Assembly: GCA_037127955.1 (NCBI GenBank)
Contig: JBAXXI010000001.1
Location: 73,217 to 137,216, forward strand
DNA from: Candidatus Berkelbacteria bacterium
GTDB taxonomy: Bacteria; Patescibacteriota; UBA1384; UBA12157
Direction: 5' to 3'
DNA length: 64,000 nucleotides
This document shows, piece by piece, positions 56,723 through 64,000 of this stretch (positions are counted from its first letter, which is position 1; the number at the start of each line of letters is the position of its first letter). The notes under the pieces were generated by a model. It did no database searches and was not told the origin of the DNA. It saw only the letters and a program-made list of their open reading frames with translations. The translations under genes and the position numbers were made by a program.

Positions 56723-56797
56723 GGGCAAATAGCTCAGTGGTAGAGCAAGCGTCTTATACACGCTCGGTCGTAGGTTCGAATCCTACTTTGCCCACCA
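56723..56797 (+). tRNA. tRNA with anticodon UAU (Ile, AUA-reading type), CCA encoded
   Basis: GGGCAAATAGCTCAGTGGTAGAGCAAGCGTCTTATACACGCTCGGTCGTAGGTTCGAATCCTACTTTGCCCACCA. Perfect anticodon stem AGCGT/ACGCT with loop CTTATAC. Confidence 0.65.
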
Positions 56798-56815
56798 AAA
56801 ATAAAATAATCAAAT

Positions 56816-56874
56816 ACACGCTCGGTCGTAGGCTCTCCTTCGGAGACTTCGACCGAATCATGCTTTGCCCACCA
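56816..56874 (+). pseudogene. partial 3'-half copy of the tRNA-Ile(UAU) gene with a hairpin insertion replacing the T-arm, 18 nt downstream of the intact tRNA
   Basis: ACACGCTCGGTCGTAGG-[CTCTCCTTCGGAGAC]-TTCGACCGAATCATGCTTTGCCCACCA parallels tRNA positions 38-76. Confidence 0.6.
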
Positions 56875-56926
56875 AAAAAATCGTTATGATAACAATCAAA
56901 CGATTTTTTTATTTTGAAAAAATACA

Positions 56927-57964
56927 ATGAATAGTCTCAAACAAAAATCTTTAAAGTTTGCCCTAGAAATCTTTATTTTGATTCTTACACTTGGAATACT
57001 AACCATGTGGTTTTTGAATTTTTTCAAAATTTATGAAGATAAGTTTTTCCCACGTGTTACTATTAGCGGTCTACCAGTTGGCGGACAAACTCTTGAACAA
57101 GCCAAACAAAACATTAATCAATATGGTCAAGAGATCAATTCAAAAAGCGTTGAACTCACCTTCGGCGAAAGCAATTTCACACCACGATTAGCCGATTTAG
57201 GCGTCAAATTTGATACTGAAAAAACAGTCGATGAGGCCTTTAGTTATGGTCGACGCGGCACTCTTATCAATAAAATTAAAGAAAATTTTAATCTCGCCTT
57301 TTTTGGTTACAATACCGCTTTAGTCGCTCAAATCGATAAGAAAATCTTAAATGACTATATCGATTCTTTGGCTAAAAAAATAGACATCCCAAAAATTGAC
57401 CAAAAAGTTCTCGATACAGACGGAAAAATTATTGAAGAAGGCCAGGACGGCCAAATACTAGATCAAGATCAATTGGCCAGTGATATTCAAAATCAAATTG
57501 CCTCCGGCCAAACTGTTTTCTCAATTGAACTGGCCACAATTGTTGTGCCAAAAGAAGAAAAACAGGTTAAAACCGCCTTTACTCCTGGTGACTATTATGG
57601 TCGCTATATTGACGTCAATTTATCAACTCAAAAAATGCAATTATTCGATAATAATCAGTTGGTTCAAGAATACACTGTTTCTAGCGGCAAAGCCTCCACT
57701 CCAACACCAATCGGTACTCGCTATATTCAAAATAAAAGTCCTCGAGCCTGGTCGCCTGACCATGGTCTCTGGATGCCATGGTGGAACGGCTTAGGCGGCG
57801 GTTACGGCATTCACGAATTACCTGAATGGCCAAATGGCTATAAAGAAGGAGCGGCTCACTTAGGCACACCTGTCTCCCATGGTTGCGTCAGACTAGGCGT
57901 CGGTCCAGCAAAATTCGTCTATGATTGGGCGCCAATCGGTTCTCCAGTCTATATTCATCGATAA
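56927..57964 (+). CDS. L,D-transpeptidase (YkuD domain) with N-terminal TM anchor
   Basis: C-terminal catalytic motif HGTPVSHGCVRL. Confidence 0.8.
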   Translation: MNSLKQKSLKFALEIFILILTLGILTMWFLNFFKIYEDKFFPRVTISGLPVGGQTLEQAKQNINQYGQEINSKSVELTFGESNFTPRLADLGVKFDTEKTVDEAFSYGRRGTLINKIKENFNLAFFGYNTALVAQIDKKILNDYIDSLAKKIDIPKIDQKVLDTDGKIIEEGQDGQILDQDQLASDIQNQIASGQTVFSIELATIVVPKEEKQVKTAFTPGDYYGRYIDVNLSTQKMQLFDNNQLVQEYTVSSGKASTPTPIGTRYIQNKSPRAWSPDHGLWMPWWNGLGGGYGIHELPEWPNGYKEGAAHLGTPVSHGCVRLGVGPAKFVYDWAPIGSPVYIHR

Positions 57965-58037
57965 TTCAATTATTAATCAACAAAAAGACTTGCCTATCCC
58001 CTCTGGCAAGTCTTTTTTAATTATTTTGACTATAAAA

Positions 58038-61000
58038 TTAATTTATCTTTTTCATCTTGATATTGACTGAAACCAAGGTCTTTTCCTTCTCAAGATACAT
58101 AATATGAGACTTGAAATCAGTATATTCTGGTTTGGTGGCAGTCAAGTAATAAATACCAGGATTAACCAAGAACTTAAACCGACCATCGATATCAGTTACA
58201 TCTGTTTCGACTAATCTATTTGTACGTTTTTCGTAAATTCTCACGATCGTAGTCTCAAGTGGTCGACCAAAAATATCAGTAACAACACCATATGGTCTGG
58301 CTCGTTTGGTTCTTAAATATTCCCAAATCGCAATCAAAATATAAAATATTAAGGAGAAAATATAGAAAATATTAATCGAAATAATCATCAAAACAATGGC
58401 AAACATTATACCTAGAACCAACAAGACGATTCTAACAGTATTTAAAATTCGGTTAAGCTTGATGGTAAAGACTAACAATTTATAACTAAAAGATAATTTA
58501 GTTTGAGCATCCATTGGCACATTAATAGTGACCGTTTTATCCTTACTATCAATCTCTAAGACTTCACCAGTATAAACCGAATCGAAGAAACCACTAACTT
58601 TCATAACTGACGGGAAAGTATAACCATTTTTTTGAACTGTTAAATAGTATTTGCCTGTTCTGACCAAGAAGCCAAATCTACCTTCACCATCGGAAACCGC
58701 AGTTTCAAGTAAACGATTATATTCTTTATCAAAAATCTTAATCAAAGCATAAGGAATGGCTTGACCGGTTTGTGAATTAAAGACCGTACCCCATGGCTTT
58801 CGTCGTTTACGAATGCCCAAAAATTGGAACAAATGACTCAAAAGATAAAGAAGTTGTGGCCAAATATTGGCAGTCGCTAAAACAGCGTTTAGAACAATTG
58901 GTGCGGCCAATAAAGAACTGGTTGTAACAATAACAGCGTTGGAAACACTCTTAGCTTCTGGAGTTAAACCTTCGGTACTAATATTAGCAAACAAACTATT
59001 AATCTGATCTTGGGTTTTTTGCAAAGTACTAGTAACACCATTGCCAATAACTTTGATCTGTACATTTTGTTGAATCTGCCCGTCAGTCACAGTTAGCTTC
59101 TGGTCACCCACAGTATTTAGAGTAAAATCTGAGCCGTCGAACGAGTGTGTACCAGTATCAGACGCACTAAAGGTGTACTTATGATCACTATTCCAAATTA
59201 ATTCGGCTTTTTTATCAGAAGATGTAAAGTAAATTTCGCCTAGATAAGATTGAATTCTGGCGCCACCATTGTCAACCGCGCTCACTTTAACCTTATCGTT
59301 AAAAGTCTGACCAGCATTAATTTTATCTGGAGTATTATCAAGTACAAGATAAGCTTGAACCGCTAAGGCATCGCCTTTTTTGGTTGAAACATTCAAAATA
59401 CTAGATTTCAAAGAAGTATTACCGGCTGCGTCATAAGCTTTAATATAGAAATTATAAACAGTTTCTGGAGTCAATTGAGTCAAATCAAAATCAGTATTTG
59501 AAGTTGTACCGATCATGACATCAGTATCGGCATTGAATATTTTATAACCGGTTACACCGACATTATCGGTCGAAGCATCCCAGGCCAAACTAATCTCAGT
59601 CGATTTGATAACGGTAGCTCGAAGATTGGTCGGCGCAGTTGGCCCTTCATTATCCGTAACGTTCGTCGGCGTCAAAGCTAATTGTTCGGTTCCACTGGAG
59701 ATATGACCAAGTGAATCAATCGCTTTTAAGGTATAATAATAAGTCACGCCATTGGTCAAATTGGAATCAGTATAAGATGTTCCGGTTTGACCCGTAGCTA
59801 ATTTTACCCCTTGAACTGTTTTTTCAAGTGAACGATAAATGTCGATCGATTTGAAATATGTTGACGAAGGATTGGTCCAAGTCAATTCGACCTGACCATT
59901 ACCAGCTACTCCAGAAAAGTTAATCGGATTATCAATTGAGGCTGGGTAAGTTCCAAATGTCACTTCAATAGTGTGATTGGCCGTAATTGAGCTAAAGGTA
60001 TAAGTTTCAAGATCATATTTTGAAACGCCATCAACCTGAACATTCCTAATAAAGTAACCAGAATTGGCACTAATCGTAAAGGTTTTATTTGAAAGCGCAT
60101 CCACTATTATCGAACCACTTGGTGTAATACTACCTCCGTTACCTGACGAAGCAGTAATAGTATAAGTCGTAACAGCAATGGTCGCAGCGATCGTGTGATC
60201 AGTAGTGACATTGCTAAAAGTATAAGTAGCCAAAGCCCCAACCGAGACACCATCAATCTTCAAGTCTTCAATATAATAACCGGCATCAGGAGTGATAGTG
60301 TAGATCTGGCTCGAACCATCATCAACCAAAGTCGAACCAGATGGCGAGACTGTACCGTGGGCATTAATCGTGGCCGTAATGGTATGGCTTGTTCCAGTAG
60401 GAGTAACCGGATTTGCGCTAAAACTAGCCGAAATTGTATGATTCGTGGTTACAGTGGTAAAGGTATAATTACTGACCGAACCAACTGAAACACTATCAAC
60501 CAAAACATCTTCAATATGATAACCAGATGAAGGCAAAATCGTATAAGCCTGGTTTGAACCATAATTAACTGTTGTCGCACCGTCCGGATCAATCGAACCA
60601 TGCGAACCAGCTAAAGCCGTTATTGTTTTTGTATCAACTATAAATGTTGCTGAAATAGTATGAGAAGTAGTAACGTTGTTAAAAGTATAAGTTGTCACAG
60701 AACCGACCGAGACACCGTCAACTAATACATCCAAAACGTGGAAATTATCATTGGCCGTAATAGTGTAGGCTCGATTTGAACCATAATTAATCGCCGTAAC
60801 ACCGGTTGGTGAAATCGAACCATTAGTGCCAGCCGAAGCTGTAATATTATTAGTATCGATGGCGAAAGTCGCAGACACTGTTAAATTAGAGGTAATATTT
60901 GAATCGGTACGAGCTTCCGTTAAAACTCCATCAGACCAAGAAACAAAATGATAATGAGCACTTGGCACGGCCGTAACCTGAGAACCGTTACCTCCATAAT

Positions 61001-64000
61001 TAACGGTTTGTGGGGTGGTACCCGTGATCGAACCGTTTGAACCAGCATTATAGGTCAGAGTGTAAGTATTGATCGCAAAAGTCGCCGTTACAGTGATATT
61101 ATCTGTTACATTAAGGTCTGTTCTGGCTGCCGTCATCACATTATCCGACCATTTAACAAAATGATAATTGGCTGCCGGTACAGCTGTCACTTGAGCACCA
61201 TTTGAACCATAACCAACGGTTTGAGAGGTTGTACCAGTGATTGAGCCGTTTGAACCAGCATTATAGGTCAGGGTGTAAGTGTTGATGGCAAAATCAGCAG
61301 TGACGGTGATATCGGTAGTAATATTTAAATCGGTTCGAGCGGCTGTCATCACGTTGTCAGACCACTTAACGAAGTGATAATTCGTATCAGGTATAGCTAC
61401 AACTTGCGTACCATCCCCACCAACATAAACTGTCTGGGAAGCATTGCCAGAAATAGTACCATGTGAACCAGCTGTATAAGATAAAGTGTATTGATTTTCG
61501 GCAGCAAAATTAGCCGTGACTGTAATATTACCTGTCACATTTAGATCAGTTCTGGCCGCCGTCAAAACACCATCAGACCAAGTAGTAAAATGATAATTCA
61601 AATTTGGTACAGCTGTAACTTGTGTGCCGTTTGCACCATAATTGACGGTTTGTGGGGTAATACCTGTAATCGAACCATTCGCACCAGCTGAGTAAGTTAA
61701 GGTATAAGTATTAACAGCAAAAGTGGCGGTCACAGTTATGTCAGCTGTAATATCTAAATCAGTACGAGCGGCGGTCATGACATCGTCTGACCATTTAACA
61801 AAATGATAATTTGTATTTGGCGTAGCAATAACTTCACTACCGTTTGCACCATAACCAACAGTTTGAGGAGTTATGCCGACAATCGTACCGTTAGAATCAT
61901 GATTGTAAGTTAAGGTGTAAGTATTAATAGCGAAGGTCGCGGTGACTGTAATATCATTTGACACACTAGAATCAGTACGAGCCGCCGTCATCACATTATC
62001 TGACCACTTAACAAAATGGTAATTAGAATCTGGAACAGCCGTAACCTGAGAACCACTACCTCCGTAATTGACAGTCTGAGGAGTAGTACCAGTAATTGAA
62101 CCATGCGAACCAGCCGAGTAAGTTAAGGTATAAGAATTTATAGCAAATGTAGCACTAACTGTTAAATCAGAAGTAATGTTTTGATCAATACGGGCCGCGG
62201 TCATCACGTCGTCTGACCATTTAACAAAATGATAGTTGTCATCAGGAACAGCCAGGACTTGGCCACCGTTAGCACCATAATTGACGGTTTGAGGTGTTAC
62301 ACCAGACACAGAACCATGAGAACCAGCATTGTAAGTTAGAGTGTAAGTATCAATGGCAAAGGTCGCCGTTACGGTTACATCAGCCGTGATATTCGAATCA
62401 GTACGAGCAGCCGTTAAAACGCCATCAGACCAAGAAACAAAATGATAGTGAGCACTTGGCACGGCCGTAACCTGAGAACCGTTACCTCCATAATTGACGG
62501 TTTGTGGGGTAATACCTGTAATCGAACCATTCGCACCAGCAGAATAAGTCAAAGTATAAGTATCAATGGCAAAAGTGGCGGTGACCGAAATATTAGCTGT
62601 GATGTTTGAATCTGTTCTAGCCGCCGTCATGACATCGTCCGACCATTTAACAAAATGGTAATTGGCCGCCGGAACCGCTGTTACCTGCGTACCGCTAGCA
62701 CCATAATTGACAGTTTGTGGGGTAGTACCAGTGATCGAACCGTTTGCACCAGCAGAGTAAGTCAAAGTGTAAGTATCGATGGCAAAGGTTGCAGTGACTG
62801 TAATATTATCCGTCACATTCAAATCAGTACGAGCTGCCGTCATGATGTCGTCTGACCATTTGACAAAATGATAATGAGCGCTCGGTACGGCTGTAACTTG
62901 AGTACCATTTGCGCCATAATTAATGGTTTGAGGATTGGTACCAGTAACCGAGCCATTGCCATCGTTGTTATAAGTCAAAGTATAAGTATTAATCGCGAAA
63001 GTCGCCGTTACCGTAATATTAGCTGTAACGTTAAGATCAGTACGAGCCGCCGTTAAGACATTATCAGACCAAGAAACAAAATGATAATGAGCCGACGGAA
63101 CCGCTGTCACCTGTGTACCATTTGCGCCATAATTAATGGTTTGAGGATTGGTACCAGTAACCGAGCCATTGCCATCGTTGTTATAAGTCAAAGTATAAGT
63201 ATTAATCGCGAAAGTCGCCGTTACCGTAATATTAGCTGTAACGTTAAGATCAGTACGAGCCGCCGTTAAGACATTATCAGACCAAGAAACAAAATGATAA
63301 TGAGCCGACGGAACCGCTGTCACCTGTGTACTATTTGCGCCATAATTAATTGTTTGCGGCGTAGTGCCCGTAATTGAACCATTTGAACCGGCATTATAGG
63401 TTAAAGTGTATGTATCGATGGCAAATGTCGCCGTTACCGTAATATCAGCTGTAATATTTGAATCGGTACGAGCGGCTGTCAGTACGCCATCAGACCAGGA
63501 AACAAAATGATAATGAGAGTTTGGCACGGCGGTTACTTGAGTACCGTTTGTACCATAATCAACAGTCTGAGGGGTGGTACCAGTAATTGAACCATTTAAG
63601 CTAGCATTATAAGTCAAAGTGTAGGTATTAATCGCAAAGGTCGCAGTGACAGTCAAATTAGCTGTGATATTTTGATCAATACGGGCCGCCGTCATCACGT
63701 CGTCTGACCACTTAACAAAGTGGTAATTGGCGTCTGGCACAGCTAAAACTTGGCCACCATTAGCACCATAATTGACGGTTTGAGGTGTTACACCAGAGAC
63801 CGAACCATGAGAACCAGCATTGTAAGTTAGAGTATAAGTGTCGATCGCAAAAGTAGCCGTTACCGTAATATTGGCCGTAACATTAAGATCAGTACGAGCG
63901 GCAGTCATGACATCGTCTGACCATTTAACAAAATGGTAATGAGAGTTTGGTACGGCGGTGACTTGCGTACCGTTTGCGCCATAATCAACAGTCTGAGGGG
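58038..64000 (-). CDS. giant cell-surface protein (over 1956 aa; 5' end beyond window). At least 14 tandem 71-aa Listeria/Bacteroides-type repeats (TYTLTY...YHFVSWSD...), then divergent Ig-like repeats, two FN3 domains, two carboxypeptidase-regulatory-like domains and C-terminal TM segments
   Basis: Repeat consensus TYTLTYNAGSNGSITGTTPQTVNYGANGTQVTAVPSAHYHFVSWSDGVLTAARTDLNVTANITVTATFAIN. The FN3 hallmark is LTWTNP...YYYTLKAID. The reading frame continues open to the window end. Confidence 0.8.
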   Translation of the reverse strand, partial: PQTVDYGANGTQVTAVPNSHYHFVKWSDDVMTAARTDLNVTANITVTATFAIDTYTLTYNAGSHGSVSGVTPQTVNYGANGGQVLAVPDANYHFVKWSDDVMTAARIDQNITANLTVTATFAINTYTLTYNASLNGSITGTTPQTVDYGTNGTQVTAVPNSHYHFVSWSDGVLTAARTDSNITADITVTATFAIDTYTLTYNAGSNGSITGTTPQTINYGANSTQVTAVPSAHYHFVSWSDNVLTAARTDLNVTANITVTATFAINTYTLTYNNDGNGSVTGTNPQTINYGANGTQVTAVPSAHYHFVSWSDNVLTAARTDLNVTANITVTATFAINTYTLTYNNDGNGSVTGTNPQTINYGANGTQVTAVPSAHYHFVKWSDDIMTAARTDLNVTDNITVTATFAIDTYTLTYSAGANGSITGTTPQTVNYGASGTQVTAVPAANYHFVKWSDDVMTAARTDSNITANISVTATFAIDTYTLTYSAGANGSITGITPQTVNYGGNGSQVTAVPSAHYHFVSWSDGVLTAARTDSNITADVTVTATFAIDTYTLTYNAGSHGSVSGVTPQTVNYGANGGQVLAVPDDNYHFVKWSDDVMTAARIDQNITSDLTVSATFAINSYTLTYSAGSHGSITGTTPQTVNYGGSGSQVTAVPDSNYHFVKWSDNVMTAARTDSSVSNDITVTATFAINTYTLTYNHDSNGTIVGITPQTVGYGANGSEVIATPNTNYHFVKWSDDVMTAARTDLDITADITVTATFAVNTYTLTYSAGANGSITGITPQTVNYGANGTQVTAVPNLNYHFTTWSDGVLTAARTDLNVTGNITVTANFAAENQYTLSYTAGSHGTISGNASQTVYVGGDGTQVVAIPDTNYHFVKWSDNVMTAARTDLNITTDITVTADFAINTYTLTYNAGSNGSITGTTSQTVGYGSNGAQVTAVPAANYHFVKWSDNVMTAARTDLNVTDNITVTATFAINTYTLTYNAGSNGSITGTTPQTVNYGGNGSQVTAVPSAHYHFVSWSDGVLTEARTDSNITSNLTVSATFAIDTNNITASAGTNGSISPTGVTAINYGSNRAYTITANDNFHVLDVLVDGVSVGSVTTYTFNNVTTSHTISATFIVDTKTITALAGSHGSIDPDGATTVNYGSNQAYTILPSSGYHIEDVLVDSVSVGSVSNYTFTTVTTNHTISASFSANPVTPTGTSHTITATINAHGTVSPSGSTLVDDGSSQIYTITPDAGYYIEDLKIDGVSVGALATYTFSNVTTDHTIAATIAVTTYTITASSGNGGSITPSGSIIVDALSNKTFTISANSGYFIRNVQVDGVSKYDLETYTFSSITANHTIEVTFGTYPASIDNPINFSGVAGNGQVELTWTNPSSTYFKSIDIYRSLEKTVQGVKLATGQTGTSYTDSNLTNGVTYYYTLKAIDSLGHISSGTEQLALTPTNVTDNEGPTAPTNLRATVIKSTEISLAWDASTDNVGVTGYKIFNADTDVMIGTTSNTDFDLTQLTPETVYNFYIKAYDAAGNTSLKSSILNVSTKKGDALAVQAYLVLDNTPDKINAGQTFNDKVKVSAVDNGGARIQSYLGEIYFTSSDKKAELIWNSDHKYTFSASDTGTHSFDGSDFTLNTVGDQKLTVTDGQIQQNVQIKVIGNGVTSTLQKTQDQINSLFANISTEGLTPEAKSVSNAVIVTTSSLLAAPIVLNAVLATANIWPQLLYLLSHLFQFLGIRKRRKPWGTVFNSQTGQAIPYALIKIFDKEYNRLLETAVSDGEGRFGFLVRTGKYYLTVQKNGYTFPSVMKVSGFFDSVYTGEVLEIDSKDKTVTINVPMDAQTKLSFSYKLLVFTIKLNRILNTVRIVLLVLGIMFAIVLMIISINIFYIFSLIFYILIAIWEYLRTKRARPYGVVTDIFGRPLETTIVRIYEKRTNRLVETDVTDIDGRFKFLVNPGIYYLTATKPEYTDFKSHIMYLEKEKTLVSVNIKMKKIN
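60650..64000 (-). repeat. tandem 213-bp coding repeats inside the giant surface protein gene (some adjacent units identical, e.g. about 62940-63366)
   Basis: Identical translated mini-ORFs in the six-frame track at 62868 and 63081 (offset 213 bp), and a visibly periodic DNA sequence. Confidence 0.8.

Noticed and set aside
60195-63269. Plus-strand ORFs 60195-60488, 62655-62855, 62868-63056 and 63081-63269
   Set aside because: They are antisense frames of the giant repeat gene. Their identical translations merely reflect the DNA repeats.
60650-64000. CRISPR-like regular repeats
   Set aside because: The periodic 213-bp units are in-frame coding repeats of a surface protein with no short spacers. 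This is not a CRISPR array.

Overview
This is a low-GC, gene-dense window from a small-genome bacterium. Gene content, the tRNA pattern and the giant repeat surface protein suggest a Patescibacteria/CPR-like organism; this is inference only. About 64 protein-coding genes are supported. Housekeeping: alaS (5' part), rpsA, purF, miaA, recG, ruvC, yebC, grpE-dnaK-dnaJ, eno-gpmI, lepA, cca, murJ, ftsH and secG. Competence: comEA, a split comEC and comM. There is a six-gene glycosyltransferase locus flanked by an APH-fold kinase and a GalT-type uridylyltransferase. There is a free-standing LAGLIDADG homing endonuclease. The window ends in a giant surface protein (over 1956 aa, running past the window edge) built from at least 14 tandem 71-aa repeats. 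Twelve tRNAs are present: four Leu isoacceptors, Phe, Val, Cys, Gly, Lys, Met, fMet, and one with anticodon UAU (Ile-like). The most unusual observations follow. (1) Mini-ORFs upstream of lepA (two in tandem) and the galT-like gene begin with a copy of the downstream protein's N-terminus that differs only at synonymous sites, continue through a conserved palindromic element encoding A-K-L-P-(L/F)-V-A-E-(F/I), and stop while overlapping the real start codon. (2) Tandem copies of the lepA 3' end. (3) Three tRNAs have an adjacent truncated tRNA-like copy carrying a short hairpin insertion. (4) A CGGAATTTCAGTATTCCG hairpin recurs just downstream of TGGTATAMT -10 promoters. (5) An identical 18-bp inverted repeat sits upstream of both grpE and dnaK and is neither CIRCE nor HAIR. 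No CRISPR arrays, rRNA or recognisable transposases were found.
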